A DNA stretch of 64,000 nucleotides from Bacteroidia bacterium (GCA_002749065.1 PDTX01000003.1:15898-79897), one strand, 5' to 3'. Shown: positions 41,412 through 52,490, counted from the first letter of the stretch. The notes: generated by a model from the letters alone, not told the origin. A program made the numbers and translations.

Positions 41412-41452
41412 GCCCATCTAGGCTACAGTGGATGTGTCTGGATGGGCTTTTT
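41412..41452 (+). terminator. Probable terminator after rpmE2
   Basis: GCCCATCTAGGC...GTCTGGATGGGC then TTTTT. Confidence 0.7.
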
Positions 41453-41467
41453 GTTGACTAAAAACTG

Positions 41468-42700
41468 ATGGCTATGCGATGCACTCAACCCGAGCACCCG
41501 CCCTGTGGCCCCGTGGTGCTGAACGACTGGGGCATGCGTGAGGTGCTCTTCCCGCTCACCTACCTGCGCCCCGTGGGCGACCTACGCTTCGGCATCCTGC
41601 CGCAGGCGGAGAGCTGGGCCCTGGCCCTCGGCGCGGAGGCCACCTACTACCAGACGGACCAGGAGCTACGCCCCATCTTCAGACCCCTTCCCGGCCCGGG
41701 CAACACGCATCCGCTGCAGCTCAACGCCTCGGTGCTGCCGACCCTCGAGCTGGTGGAGGCAGTCCGCTCGCTGGGCATCGGCCAGGCGCTGCGCAGTGGT
41801 GAAGTCCTGCTGGCGGCCCGCTGCGATGCGCCTCTGGAAGACCCCTCCCGGGCGGACTCCCTCGAGCGGGTGGACTTCGGGGGCGAGGTGCTCCGCGTCG
41901 AGGCGCCGTGGGACATATTCAAGCTGGCGGGGCGGGCCATGGAGCTGGATTTCGCCCGCCTGACCGCTGGGCGTGCCTCCCAGCCCCTCAGCCCGACCGT
42001 CAATGTGCTCGGCACGCACCGCATCTTCCTCGAGCCGGGGGCCCGGGCGGAGTGCTGCACGCTCAACGCCACGGAGGGGCCGATATACCTCGGCCGGGAT
42101 AGCGAGGTGATGGAGGGCTCGCTGGTGCGTGGGCCCTTTGCCCTCGGGGAGCACTCCGTGCTGCGGATGGGCGCGAGGGTCTACGGCCCGACGATAATCG
42201 GCCCGGAGTGCAGGGTCGGTGGCGAGGTCAGCAACGTGGTCTTCCAGGGCTACGCCAACAAGGCGCACGAGGGCTTCATCGGCAACGCGGTGATAGGCCA
42301 GTGGTGCAACCTCGGGGCGGACACCAACTGCTCCAACCTCAAGAACGACTACGGCCGGGTGAGGGTCTGGAGCGTGGCGCAGGGGCGCTTCGTCCAGACG
42401 GGGGAGCAGTTCTGCGGCCTGATCATGGGCGACCACAGCAAGAGCGGCATCAACACCATGTTCAATACCGGGACCGTCGTGGGCATGTTCTGCAACGTGT
42501 TCGGCGATGGTTTTCCCCGCACGTGGGTCCCCAGCTTCTCGTGGGGCGGGGCGGCTGGTTTCTCGGAGCACGCGCTGCCCAAGGCCCTCGCGACGGCCCG
42601 CCTGGTCATGGCGCGCCGCGGGCGGGAGCTCTCGGCGGCGGAGGAGGCGCTCATCGGCCATCTGCACGGGCGTTTTGCCGACAGGCCGGGGGCTTTCTAG
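41468..42700 (+). CDS. GlmU-like putative sugar nucleotidyltransferase with hexapeptide repeats
   Basis: PLTYLRPV.DLRFGIL, NKAHEGFIGN and NLGADTNCSNLKN motifs. Confidence 0.88.
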   Translation: MAMRCTQPEHPPCGPVVLNDWGMREVLFPLTYLRPVGDLRFGILPQAESWALALGAEATYYQTDQELRPIFRPLPGPGNTHPLQLNASVLPTLELVEAVRSLGIGQALRSGEVLLAARCDAPLEDPSRADSLERVDFGGEVLRVEAPWDIFKLAGRAMELDFARLTAGRASQPLSPTVNVLGTHRIFLEPGARAECCTLNATEGPIYLGRDSEVMEGSLVRGPFALGEHSVLRMGARVYGPTIIGPECRVGGEVSNVVFQGYANKAHEGFIGNAVIGQWCNLGADTNCSNLKNDYGRVRVWSVAQGRFVQTGEQFCGLIMGDHSKSGINTMFNTGTVVGMFCNVFGDGFPRTWVPSFSWGGAAGFSEHALPKALATARLVMARRGRELSAAEEALIGHLHGRFADRPGAF

Positions 42701-42834
42701 CGCGCCCCCTCCGGCGGATGGGCGGTTCCGCATCGTAAACAATGCATGGGTGGATACGTTTGTCAAGCGTGTGGCGGCGGGCCTTTGGGCGGATGCCCGG
42801 TGGTCGTCGCCGCATCCTAGAGGAGAATTATTTT

Positions 42835-45264
42835 ATGGCACAGGAAGAGAAGAAGTTCGCCGTGGAGGCTACAGTGTATCTGGCTGAGGACGGCGATGGG
42901 GGTGAGCGCTTTGTTCCCTTCATGTCGGGCTTCGAGCTGGGGAAGCACCAGGTCGAGACGCCCGAGCAGCTGCCGCTGGTGGAGCTGCGGAACAACGTGT
43001 TTTTCCCGCAGACGGTCACGCCCATCAGCATAGGGCGGAGCCGGACGCGCCGCCTGGTGAAGGAGCTGCACGAGGAGAAGAGCCTGGTGGCCATAGTGGC
43101 CCAGCGCGACCCGAAGGAGGACATCCCGGGGGTGGATGGGCTCTACGATGTGGGGACCCTGGCGGTGGTCCATCGGGTCATAGAGATGCCCGACGGCAAC
43201 ATCACCCTGCTGGTGGAGGGGGTACGCCGCCTCGCGGTGCGGGAGGTGGTGCAGGTGGAGCCCTTCTTCGTGGCCCGCTGCGAGGACCTGCCGGAGCTGG
43301 AGCTCAGCGAGACCATGGACAGCGAGATGGAGCGCGTCGCCAAGCTGCACCTCCTGGCCGAGGAGGCCGCGCGCTACTTCGGCGAGACCTTCCCGGCCAT
43401 CGTGGCCCCGGTGCAGAGCCTCTCGCGGATGCAGAACCCGACCATGCTGATGAACTTCATCGCCATGCAGCTGAGCATCGGCACCCGCGACAAGCAGGAG
43501 CTCCTGGCCAAGCCCAGCCTCGAGGCGCGCGTTGTCGCCCTGCTGCAGATCATCAGCATGGAGATGATGGCCATGGAGCTGCGCGAGGAGATACAGCAGC
43601 GCACCAAGACGGAGATGGAGCAGCAGCAGCGGGAGTTCATCCTCCAGCAGCAGATACGCACCATCCAGGATGAGCTGGGCGAGGGCGATGAGGACGACTA
43701 CGAGAAGTTCGAGGCCGCCGGCAAGAAGCTCAAGCTGGCCAAGCCGGTGCGCGAGGCCTTCAACCGCGAGCTGCAGCGCCTGCGCAAGCTCAACCCCATG
43801 GCGCCGGACTACTCGATACAGACGGCCTACCTCCAGCTCTTCACCGAGCTGCCCTGGGGCAAGTTCTCCAAGGACAACTACGACCTGCAGCGCGCCAAGA
43901 CCATCCTCGACGAGGACCACTTCGGCCTGGAGAAGGTCAAGGACCGCATCCTCGAGTTCCTGGCCGTGCTCAAGCTCAAGAACAACCTCAAGTCCCCCAT
44001 CCTCTGCCTGTACGGCCCTCCCGGGGTGGGGAAGACGAGCCTGGGCAAGTCCATCGCCCGCGCCCTGGGCCGGAAGTACGCCCGCATATCGCTGGGCGGG
44101 GTGCACGACGAGAGCGAGATACGGGGCCACAGGCGCACCTACATCGGCGCGATGCCCGGGCGCATAGTCCAGAACCTGCGGAAGGTCAAGAGCAGCAACC
44201 CCGTCTTCATCCTCGACGAGGTCGACAAGCTGACCAGCAGCCCGATGGGCGACCCGGCCAGCGCCCTGCTCGAGGTGCTGGACCCGGAGCAGAACACCAC
44301 CTTCCACGACAACTACCTGGAGGTGGAGTACGACCTCTCGCGCGTGCTCTTCATCACCACGGCCAACGACGTGTCCGCCATCCCGGCGGCCCTCCGCGAC
44401 CGCATGGAGATGATCGAGATGACGGGCTACCTGATGGAGGAGAAGGTGGCCATAGCCCGCGACCACCTCATCCCCAAGCAGCTGGAGGAGCACGGCGTGA
44501 AGGCCGAGCAGTTCGCCGTGGGCGATGAGCTGCTCGAGCGGGTCATCACCGAGTACACCCGCGAGAGCGGGGTGCGGAAGCTCAACCAGGAGCTGGCCCG
44601 CATGGTGCGCCACCGGGCCCGCTTCATCGCGGGCGACGAGCCCTACGAGCCCCGCCTGACCCTCGAGGACCTGCGGGCCAGCCTGGGCACGCCCCGCTTC
44701 CTCAAGGAGGTGTACGACGGCTCCGCGGTGGTGGGCGTGTCCGTGGGCATGGCCTGGACCCAGGTCGGCGGGCAGATACTCTACGTGGAGTCCAGCCTCT
44801 CGCCCGGGGAGGGCAAGCTGACCATGACCGGCAGCCTGGGCAACGTGATGAAGGAGTCGACCACGATAGCCCTCCAGCTCATCAAGGCCCGCCAGGCCGA
44901 GCTCGGCATCGCGGCCGAGATGTTCAAGAGCCACGATGTGCACGTCCACGTACCTGAGGGGGCCATCCCCAAGGACGGGCCGAGCGCCGGGGTCACCATG
45001 CTCACCTCGCTGGTGTCGTCCTACACCGGGAGGCCCCCCCGCTCCGGCATCGCCATGACGGGCGAGATCACCCTCCGGGGCAAGGTGCTACCCGTCGGCG
45101 GCATCAAGGAGAAGATCCTGGCGGCCAAGCGGGCGAACCTGAGCCACATCGTGCTGCCGGCCGACAACCGCAAGGACATAGAGGAGATCAAGGAGATGTA
45201 CATCAGGGGCCTGGAGTTCAGCTACGTGGAGGACGCCAAGCAGCTGCTGGGCATCGTCTTCTAG
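42835..45264 (+). CDS. lon: Lon protease
   Basis: GPPGVGKTS, LDEVDK, PKDGPSAG and GGIKEK motifs. Confidence 0.98.
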   Translation: MAQEEKKFAVEATVYLAEDGDGGERFVPFMSGFELGKHQVETPEQLPLVELRNNVFFPQTVTPISIGRSRTRRLVKELHEEKSLVAIVAQRDPKEDIPGVDGLYDVGTLAVVHRVIEMPDGNITLLVEGVRRLAVREVVQVEPFFVARCEDLPELELSETMDSEMERVAKLHLLAEEAARYFGETFPAIVAPVQSLSRMQNPTMLMNFIAMQLSIGTRDKQELLAKPSLEARVVALLQIISMEMMAMELREEIQQRTKTEMEQQQREFILQQQIRTIQDELGEGDEDDYEKFEAAGKKLKLAKPVREAFNRELQRLRKLNPMAPDYSIQTAYLQLFTELPWGKFSKDNYDLQRAKTILDEDHFGLEKVKDRILEFLAVLKLKNNLKSPILCLYGPPGVGKTSLGKSIARALGRKYARISLGGVHDESEIRGHRRTYIGAMPGRIVQNLRKVKSSNPVFILDEVDKLTSSPMGDPASALLEVLDPEQNTTFHDNYLEVEYDLSRVLFITTANDVSAIPAALRDRMEMIEMTGYLMEEKVAIARDHLIPKQLEEHGVKAEQFAVGDELLERVITEYTRESGVRKLNQELARMVRHRARFIAGDEPYEPRLTLEDLRASLGTPRFLKEVYDGSAVVGVSVGMAWTQVGGQILYVESSLSPGEGKLTMTGSLGNVMKESTTIALQLIKARQAELGIAAEMFKSHDVHVHVPEGAIPKDGPSAGVTMLTSLVSSYTGRPPRSGIAMTGEITLRGKVLPVGGIKEKILAAKRANLSHIVLPADNRKDIEEIKEMYIRGLEFSYVEDAKQLLGIVF

Positions 45265-45386
45265 GCTAACCTTCTTCTAGATAGCCCCCCGTCCCCTCCG
45301 GGGAAAACGGATTATTCTTACCTTGCGACGCATTCTCCGGATGACCCCTGCGCCATCGGCCGGAGGTGCGGGGTAAATCGAGATGT

Positions 45387-46379
45387 ATGGATAAGGAGAG
45401 CAGCGTTCGCATCACACGGGAGGAGATTCTGGCCCTCGGGCGGGAGACCATCCGGACGGAGGGGGAGGCCATCCTGGCCCTCCAGCGCTACCTGGGTGAG
45501 GACTTCCACCAGGCCGTGCTGACCCTCCTGCACATGGAGGGCCGGGCCATCATCACCGGCATCGGCAAGAGCGCCATCATCGCCCAGAAGATAGTGGCCA
45601 CGCTCAACTCCACGGGCACGCCGTCGGTCTTCATGCACGCCGCGGATGCCATACACGGCGACCTGGGCATCGTCCAGCCCGGCGATGTCCTCATCTGCCT
45701 CTCCAAGAGCGGCACCACCCCCGAGATCAAGGTCCTGGTCCCCCTCCTCAAGATGATGGGCAACCCCCTCATCGCCATCGTCTCCAACACCGACAGCTAC
45801 CTGGCCCAGCAGGCCAAGCTCGTCCTCCCGGCCACCGTCGAGCACGAGGCCTGCCCCAACAACCTGGCCCCCACCACCTCCACCAGCGCCCAGCTCGTCA
45901 TCGGCGATGCCCTGGCCGTCACCCTCCTCAAGGCCCGGGGCTTCACCCCCTCCGACTTCGCCCGCTACCACCCCGGGGGCGCCCTCGGCAAGCGGCTCTA
46001 CCTGCGCGTCGATGACATCCTCGACCACGAGACCCTCCCGGCCGTGGGCCCGGACGACAACCTCTCCCGCCTCATCGTCGAGATATCCAGCAAGCTCCTG
46101 GGCGCAACCGCCGTGCTCGGGCCAGCGGGCGAGCTGCTCGGCATCGTGACCGACGGCGACCTCCGCCGCATGCTCCAGCGCAAGCTCGACATCGAGACCA
46201 CCCTCGCGCGCGACATCATGTCGACGCAGCCCCACACGATAGCGAGCGACGAGCTGGCCATCAACGCGTTCAACCGGATGGAGCGGCACAAGATCACCCA
46301 GCTTATCGTCCTGAACCAGGGTCGCTACGCCGGCATGCTCCACCTGCATGACCTCCTGCGGGAGGGCATAATAGGCTAG
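45387..46379 (+). CDS. kdsD: Arabinose-5-phosphate isomerase (KpsF/GutQ family, SIS plus two CBS domains)
   Basis: GIGKS, HGDLG, EACPNNLAPTTS, HPGGALG and TDGDLRR motifs. Confidence 0.93.
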   Translation: MDKESSVRITREEILALGRETIRTEGEAILALQRYLGEDFHQAVLTLLHMEGRAIITGIGKSAIIAQKIVATLNSTGTPSVFMHAADAIHGDLGIVQPGDVLICLSKSGTTPEIKVLVPLLKMMGNPLIAIVSNTDSYLAQQAKLVLPATVEHEACPNNLAPTTSTSAQLVIGDALAVTLLKARGFTPSDFARYHPGGALGKRLYLRVDDILDHETLPAVGPDDNLSRLIVEISSKLLGATAVLGPAGELLGIVTDGDLRRMLQRKLDIETTLARDIMSTQPHTIASDELAINAFNRMERHKITQLIVLNQGRYAGMLHLHDLLREGIIG

Positions 46380-46400
46380 AATAAGTTCTGAAATTACTGT

Positions 46401-48863
46401 ATGCGATTTGTACGTTTCCCCATATTCCTCTTCATCCTACTCTTCACCTTCCTCAGCGCCTCGGCCCAGTCGACCCGCGTGCGCGGCAAGATAGTCGATG
46501 CCGACACGGGCGAGCCCCTGGCCTTCATCGGGGTCACGGTCAAGGGGAAGCCCATCGGCACCATCACCGACGACCAGGGGATATACTTCCTGGAGACGCG
46601 GACCAGCTTCGACACCCTGGTCTTCAGCTACATCGGCTACCAGAGCCAGCAGCGCAGGGTGCAGCCCGGGAAGTTCCAGTACGTCAACATCAGCCTCAAG
46701 GCCGAGAACATCCAGGTGGAGGAGGTCGTGGTGCGGCGCGAGCGTAGCCCGGCCCTCCGCGTCCTCGACTCGGTCATCGCCCACAAGGCACGCAACGACC
46801 CCCGGGGCATCGACCGCTACCGATGCCGGGTCTACAACAAGCTCCAGGTCGACCTCAACAACATCGACTCCAGCACCTTCGACCTGGCCCCCTTCCGCTC
46901 CCTGGCCTTCCTGCGCCAGCAGCTCGACACCAACGCCGCAACGGGCAAGGTGTACCTCCCGGCCTTCATGTCCGAGGCCGTCTCCACCGACTACTACCAG
47001 CGCGACCCCCGGAAGGTCCGAGAGGTCATCGAGGCCTCACGCCTCTCCGGCGTGGAGAACGACGGCTTCGACCAGTTCATGGGCGGGCTCTACCAGGACA
47101 TCAACCTCTACGACAACTTCATCAACATCTTCGACAAGGGCCTGGTGAGCCCCATCAACAGCAGCGGACCCCTGTACTACCGCTACTTCCTGGTCGACTC
47201 CTCAGTCCGCCACGGCGTCAAGCACTACCAGATATCCTTCAAGCCCCGCCGCCGGGGCGAGCCCACCTTCAAGGGCTACATCTGGGTCGACACCGTCCAC
47301 TACGCCCTGGTCGAGGCCAAGATGGAGCTCACCGACGCCAACCTCAACTTCGTCAACTACCTGCTGCTCACCGAGGAGAGCGTGCTGGTGGACGACTCGG
47401 TCTACTTCCCCCGCCGCAAGCAGTTCTTCATGGATGTCACCGTGGATAGGTTCCTGGGCGACTACACCATGGGCCTCTTCGGCCGCAAGACCGTGCTCTA
47501 CGACTCGGTGAAGCTCGGCGAGCCCATGCCCCGCGCCATCGCCCGCAACCCCAACGAGGTCATCCTCCGGAAGCAGATCGACACCGACGACTCCGCGGCC
47601 TGGAACAGGCTCCGCCCCGTGGAGCTCTCCCGCCAGGAGAAGCAGATATACCGCATGGTCGACACCGTCAAGAGCCTCCCCTTCTACACCGCCGCCCGAA
47701 CGCTGGTGCGCACCTTCGCCCTGGGCTACATCCCCCTGAAGTACGTCGAGATCGGCCGGATATACAACTTCTACAGCCACAACCCCATAGAGGGGCACCG
47801 CGCCCTCTTCGGCCTACGAACCACCCGCGAGCTCTGGGAGCCCGTGCGCCTGAGCGGCTACGCGGCCTACGGGTTCAAGGACAGGGACTGGAAGTGGATG
47901 GGCCAGCTCGAGTGGGTGCAGAGCCGCTACCCCTGGCGGAAGTTCACCCTCCGGGCCAAGTACGACATGGTGACCCTCGGGGAGGACCCCGACCGCCTCT
48001 CGCAGAACAACATCCTGGGCACCATCCTGCGGCGCAAGTGGAACTACATGTACACCCCCGTGCGGAGCTACAGCCTGGACTACTACCACGAGGTCTACAG
48101 CGGCCTCAGCATGGAGGCCGGGCTGGGCTTCCACACCATCTACGCCACCCCCTACGTCACCTTCAACGAGCCGGATGGCACCGCCCACCGGGTGTTCGAG
48201 TACCCCGAAATCGAGTTCGGCATACGGTGGAAGCACAAGGAGAAGTTCATCACCAACCGCTATGAGCGACGGGCCGCCTCGAGCAAGTACCCCGCCCTGT
48301 CGCTCCGCCTGACGGGCGCCCCCGGCCTGGGCCGCTTCTTCACCTACCCCTACCTCAAGGCCGAGGGGCAGTTCGACTGGAAAGTCCCCTTCAACCCCAT
48401 CGGCTTCTCCCGCTTCATCCTCACGGGGGGCTACGTCCTCGGCGATGTGCCCTACCCCCTGCTCAAGCTCCACGAGGGCTCGGAGACCTACGGCCTCTCG
48501 CGCTACGGCTGGAACATGATGGGCTACTACGAGCTGGCCTCCGACCGATGGGCCTCCCTGGTCTGGGAGCACCACTTCAACGGTCTGCTATTCAACCATG
48601 TCCCCCTCCTCCGCGAGCTGCAGATCCGCGAGGTCGTGGCTGGCAAAATCCTGACGGGCGATGTGCGCCCCGCCAACCTCCAGCGCTTCACGCCCCCGGC
48701 CAGCCTGGAGGGCATCGGGCGGATACCCTACATCGAGCTCTCGGCCGGGGTTGAGAACATCCTCCACCTGATCCGCATCGATGCCGTGTGGCGACTGACC
48801 CACAACGGCCCCAATAGGTCCTTCCCCCTGGGTCTCCGGGCGGGCATATACTTCCAGCTCTAG
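46401..48863 (+). CDS. Outer-membrane protein with carboxypeptidase-regulatory-like and DUF5686 domains
   Basis: GKIVDADTGEPL...FSYIGY N-terminus; YIELSAGVENI...RIDAVWRL C-terminus. Confidence 0.85.
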   Translation: MRFVRFPIFLFILLFTFLSASAQSTRVRGKIVDADTGEPLAFIGVTVKGKPIGTITDDQGIYFLETRTSFDTLVFSYIGYQSQQRRVQPGKFQYVNISLKAENIQVEEVVVRRERSPALRVLDSVIAHKARNDPRGIDRYRCRVYNKLQVDLNNIDSSTFDLAPFRSLAFLRQQLDTNAATGKVYLPAFMSEAVSTDYYQRDPRKVREVIEASRLSGVENDGFDQFMGGLYQDINLYDNFINIFDKGLVSPINSSGPLYYRYFLVDSSVRHGVKHYQISFKPRRRGEPTFKGYIWVDTVHYALVEAKMELTDANLNFVNYLLLTEESVLVDDSVYFPRRKQFFMDVTVDRFLGDYTMGLFGRKTVLYDSVKLGEPMPRAIARNPNEVILRKQIDTDDSAAWNRLRPVELSRQEKQIYRMVDTVKSLPFYTAARTLVRTFALGYIPLKYVEIGRIYNFYSHNPIEGHRALFGLRTTRELWEPVRLSGYAAYGFKDRDWKWMGQLEWVQSRYPWRKFTLRAKYDMVTLGEDPDRLSQNNILGTILRRKWNYMYTPVRSYSLDYYHEVYSGLSMEAGLGFHTIYATPYVTFNEPDGTAHRVFEYPEIEFGIRWKHKEKFITNRYERRAASSKYPALSLRLTGAPGLGRFFTYPYLKAEGQFDWKVPFNPIGFSRFILTGGYVLGDVPYPLLKLHEGSETYGLSRYGWNMMGYYELASDRWASLVWEHHFNGLLFNHVPLLRELQIREVVAGKILTGDVRPANLQRFTPPASLEGIGRIPYIELSAGVENILHLIRIDAVWRLTHNGPNRSFPLGLRAGIYFQL

Positions 48864-48869
48864 CTAGCC

Positions 48870-49352
48870 ATGCTCTACTTTACACATCCTTTCGCCCGTA
48901 CGTTCCACCTTCTGCTCCTTCTGCTCGCGAGCGGCGCGCTCTCCGGCTGCGGCCTGGACGCGCATCGGCAGGGAATGGTCCGCCGGGTGAACCTCCCGGG
49001 TGGCTGGCAGGCCACCGGGCTGCCCTACCGCCTCGGCGGGGAGGAGGCTCCGTTGCCCGGCGCCCTCGGGCTGGACAGCCTCAGCCTGGCGGAAATCTAC
49101 ATCTACGGGCATGACACCTGCCGGCTCCTCCCCAGCCCGGGTGGCCCGCACCTGAGCCTCCGCTGGGCCTACGATGAGCACAGCAACGAGCTGACCCTTA
49201 GCCGTATGGACGATGATGGGGCGGAGGCCGAACTGTACGCCACCCTGCGGATAATTCCCCAGGATACGCTGCTGTACGTCGGGGTGGGTACGGACCCGGC
49301 CAGCGGCAAGACGCTCTACAAGCCCTTCCGGCGCGTCTACTGGTTCTACTAG
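48870..49352 (+). CDS. Hypothetical lipoprotein
   Basis: Hydrophobic stretch with lipobox LSGC; host-like codon usage. Confidence 0.65.
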   Translation: MLYFTHPFARTFHLLLLLLASGALSGCGLDAHRQGMVRRVNLPGGWQATGLPYRLGGEEAPLPGALGLDSLSLAEIYIYGHDTCRLLPSPGGPHLSLRWAYDEHSNELTLSRMDDDGAEAELYATLRIIPQDTLLYVGVGTDPASGKTLYKPFRRVYWFY

Positions 49353-49402
49353 GGTTGCATATCCATCTCGCCCAGCTTTGGGCACCATTCTTCGGCATTA
49401 GG

Positions 49403-49448
49403 AAAAGCGAGAGCGGCGGCGACCCCTACGGGCCGTCGCCGCTCTCGC
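49403..49448. terminator. Terminator between convergent genes
   Basis: GCGAGAGCGGCGGCG...CGTCGCCGCTCTCGC stem preceded by A4. Confidence 0.75.
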
Positions 49449-49471
49449 GTATTCCGTCGTGGGTGGGTGGC

Positions 49472-49900
49472 CTAGAAGAGGCGGTTCTTCTCGCGGTCCT
49501 TGATGACGGTGCCGAATATCTTGTGCTGTATCTCCTTTCGCTTGGGGTCGTTGGAGAGGATGGTGACGACGCGGCTGATGGCCTGGGGCTTGGGCTCTAT
49601 GCGGAAGAAGACCTTGATCTCGCCGGTCTTCCCGGGCAGGATGGGCCCCTTGGGGTAGGACTTGATCTCGGTGCCGCAGCAGCCGCTGACGCTCTGGAGT
49701 ATGAGGGGCGCATCGCCGCTGTTGTGCACGGTGAAGGCGACGTTGCCGGTGCCCTCGTGGAGCTCCTTGATCTGGATCTGGCCCATCTTGATGGTGTCGG
49801 GGGTGACCTCTATCTGGGGGGCCTTGGCCCAAGCCGTGGCGGGGAGCAGGGCCAGCGCGAGCAGGGGCAGGAGGGCGAGTACGGGAAGGATTCGCTTCAT
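49472..49900 (-). CDS. DUF1573 domain-containing exported protein
   Basis: Signal peptide; NSGDAPLIL..V.GCCGT...PILPGKTGEIKV. Confidence 0.85.
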   Translation of the reverse strand: MKRILPVLALLPLLALALLPATAWAKAPQIEVTPDTIKMGQIQIKELHEGTGNVAFTVHNSGDAPLILQSVSGCCGTEIKSYPKGPILPGKTGEIKVFFRIEPKPQAISRVVTILSNDPKRKEIQHKIFGTVIKDREKNRLF

Positions 49901-50017
49901 AGTTCCTAATGGATTTGGTTACCGTAAGAGTAAACGTCGTGCGGGGAGCTTTGTTGCCCGGAGCGCGGTAAAAGAAATAATCGTATATTTGCGTGACCTT
50001 TGATTCGGAACACAAGT

Positions 50018-52072
50018 ATGATGACAATGACTGAGCGATTGGCGCGTGTGCATGCGCTCGTGGGGGGGGCGCGAGGCTGCCTACTGGCCCTGTTGCTGGG
50101 CCTGGGGGTGCTTCTCCCGCTGGCCTCGCATGGGCAGATGAGTAAGATAGAGCAGGCGAATGCCTTCTACCGGGCCGGGGGCTACATGTCGGCCCTGCCG
50201 CTGTACAAGGAGGTGATGGAGACGGTGAACAAGGATGAGCTGGGGGACTACCTCTTCAAGATCGGGGAGTGCTACCGCCTCACGGGGCAGTACCGCCAGG
50301 CGACCATCTGGTACCACAAGTCGATACTGCGCGATTTCCGCGACCCGAAGGTGCATCTCTACTACGCGCAGTGTCTGCTGGCCGTGGAGAAGTACGACGA
50401 GGCGAAGGTGGAGTTCGAGAACTACAAGAAGCTGATGCCCAACGATGAGCGGGCGGCCAACGGGCTGGAGTCGGTGGAGCTGGCCAAGTCGTGGTCCGAG
50501 TCGCCCACCGGGTACAAGATCCGCAACATGCGCTCCATCAACAGCAAGTACAACGACTACGGCCCCGTCTACGGCTCGAAGGACTACCGTACGCTGTTCT
50601 TCACCTCCTCGCGCGAGGAGGCCACCGGGAAGAAGTACCACGCCGGCACTGGGGAGAAGTTCAGCGACATCTTCGTCTCGCTGAGCAACGGGGCGGGGCG
50701 CTGGAGCAAGCCCCAGCTCATGAAGGGCTCGGTCAATACGGAGGTGGAGGAGGGGACACCGGGGGTCAACTCCAGCTTCACCAATTTCTACTTCACGCAG
50801 TGCAAGTCGACCAAGAAGCGGCGGAAGAAGACCGACCACCTGGGCTGCCAGATCTACGAGGCGCGGCAGACCGGCCAGGGCTTCGACGAGGCCAAGCTCA
50901 TACCCATAGCCCCCGACTCCGTCGTGGTGGCCCACCCGGCCATCTCGCCCGACGGGCTACAGCTCTACTTCACGAGCGACCTCCCGGGGGGCTTCGGCGG
51001 CACCGATATCTGGATGGTGAGCCGCACCAGCGTCGACGGGGCCTGGGGCAAACCCATGAACATGGGCTCGGCCTTCAACACCTCCGGCAACGAGATGTTC
51101 CCCTACGTCCACGCCGACGGCACGGTCTACTTCTCCTCGGACGGCCTGCCGGGCATGGGGGGGCTGGACATCTTCAAGGCCACACCCCGCAGCGACAGCA
51201 GCTTCAAGGTTGAGAACATGCGCGCGCCGGTGAACTCCTCGAGCGACGACTTCGGCATCACCTTCCAGGCCGAGCGGGAGGAGGGCTTCTTCTCCTCGAA
51301 CCGGCCGAAGGGGCGGGGGGGCGACGACATCTACTGGTTCTACCTCGCGCCGCTGACCTTCAACATGGCGGGCACCATCCAGGATGAGAAGGAGGGCAAG
51401 CCGCTCCAGGGCGTGAAGGTCCGCCTGGTGGGCAGCGACGGCTCCATCCAGTACGTCCGCACGAATTCCAAGGGCCAGTACAAGTTCATGCTCTCGCCCA
51501 ACACGGAGTACGTGGTGGTGAGCATGGTGAAGGGCTACCTGAATGGCAAGACGAAGGTGTCGACCAAGGGGCTCTCGGCCAGCAAGGACTTCGAGCAGAT
51601 CGTGAAGATGAGCTTCGCCGGGGGCGGGAAGGCCATCTCGATTCCGAATATCTTCTACGATGTGGGTAAGCACGAGCTGCGGCCTGAGTCGGGCGAGGCG
51701 CTCCAGCAGCTGGTCCAGCTCCTGAACGACAACCCCCAAATCAAGGTGGAGATAGGCTCGCACACCGACGCGGTGGGCTCCGAGAAGTTCAACTACCAGC
51801 TATCCAAGCGTCGTGCGCAGTCGGTGGTCCGCTACCTCATAGAGCAGGGCGTGACGGCCAGCCGCCTACGGCCCAAGGGCTACGCCGCGACCCTGCCCGC
51901 CGTGGTGAACGAGGCTGACCACGAGCGGCATCCCTTCCTGCCAGTAGGCCAGAAGCTCGACGCGAAGTACATCCGCCGCCTAACCGAGCCGCAGCAGGAG
52001 GTGGCAAGGCAGATAAACCGACGCACGACCTTCCGGGTTATCGCGGAGAGCGATGACGAGCCGGGTGTCTAA
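50018..52072 (+). CDS. OmpA-family protein (TPR, PD40, carboxypeptidase-regulatory, OmpA; PorE-like)
   Basis: TPR region; LYFTSDLPGGFGGTDIW, FSSDGLPGMGGLDIF, SHTD..G...N.QLS.RRA and NRRT motifs. Confidence 0.9.
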   Translation: MMTMTERLARVHALVGGARGCLLALLLGLGVLLPLASHGQMSKIEQANAFYRAGGYMSALPLYKEVMETVNKDELGDYLFKIGECYRLTGQYRQATIWYHKSILRDFRDPKVHLYYAQCLLAVEKYDEAKVEFENYKKLMPNDERAANGLESVELAKSWSESPTGYKIRNMRSINSKYNDYGPVYGSKDYRTLFFTSSREEATGKKYHAGTGEKFSDIFVSLSNGAGRWSKPQLMKGSVNTEVEEGTPGVNSSFTNFYFTQCKSTKKRRKKTDHLGCQIYEARQTGQGFDEAKLIPIAPDSVVVAHPAISPDGLQLYFTSDLPGGFGGTDIWMVSRTSVDGAWGKPMNMGSAFNTSGNEMFPYVHADGTVYFSSDGLPGMGGLDIFKATPRSDSSFKVENMRAPVNSSSDDFGITFQAEREEGFFSSNRPKGRGGDDIYWFYLAPLTFNMAGTIQDEKEGKPLQGVKVRLVGSDGSIQYVRTNSKGQYKFMLSPNTEYVVVSMVKGYLNGKTKVSTKGLSASKDFEQIVKMSFAGGGKAISIPNIFYDVGKHELRPESGEALQQLVQLLNDNPQIKVEIGSHTDAVGSEKFNYQLSKRRAQSVVRYLIEQGVTASRLRPKGYAATLPAVVNEADHERHPFLPVGQKLDAKYIRRLTEPQQEVARQINRRTTFRVIAESDDEPGV

Positions 52073-52105
52073 CATTAGGGCTGGTAGAGCAGAGGGAGGT
52101 ATCCA

Positions 52106-52480
52106 ATGGCAAGGAAACGCATGATACAACTAGTACTCCTCGCGCTACTCCTACCCCTTCTGGTGGCCGGTGGCCCGGCGAGCGCGCAGAAGTTCTACCA
52201 ATGCCAGGTAGGCGAGGTGGCCGATGTCAAGGTGTGGGCGGCGGAAACGCCGGAGGAGGCCGATTTCTGGGCCTACTTCGTGTACGATGCCTCCGAGCTG
52301 GGTGGGCCTGGTGTGGTCATGCAGGTGCCGACGGCGGCGGAGGCGGCCTTCAAGCTGACCTTCGTGGACAAGCAGGAGGAGGCGGACTTCTCGCTCTGGC
52401 TGATAGAGGACAAGGCCAAGGCCGGCTGGCATAGGCCAGAGAGGTCCCGGGTGCTCGACAAGTACATCAAGAAGAAGTAG
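52106..52480 (+). CDS. Exported hypothetical protein (DUF6150-like AD repeats)
   Basis: Signal peptide; repeated ADVKV, ADFW and ADFS units. Confidence 0.6.
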   Translation: MARKRMIQLVLLALLLPLLVAGGPASAQKFYQCQVGEVADVKVWAAETPEEADFWAYFVYDASELGGPGVVMQVPTAAEAAFKLTFVDKQEEADFSLWLIEDKAKAGWHRPERSRVLDKYIKKK

Positions 52481-52490
52481 GAGCGTAGGA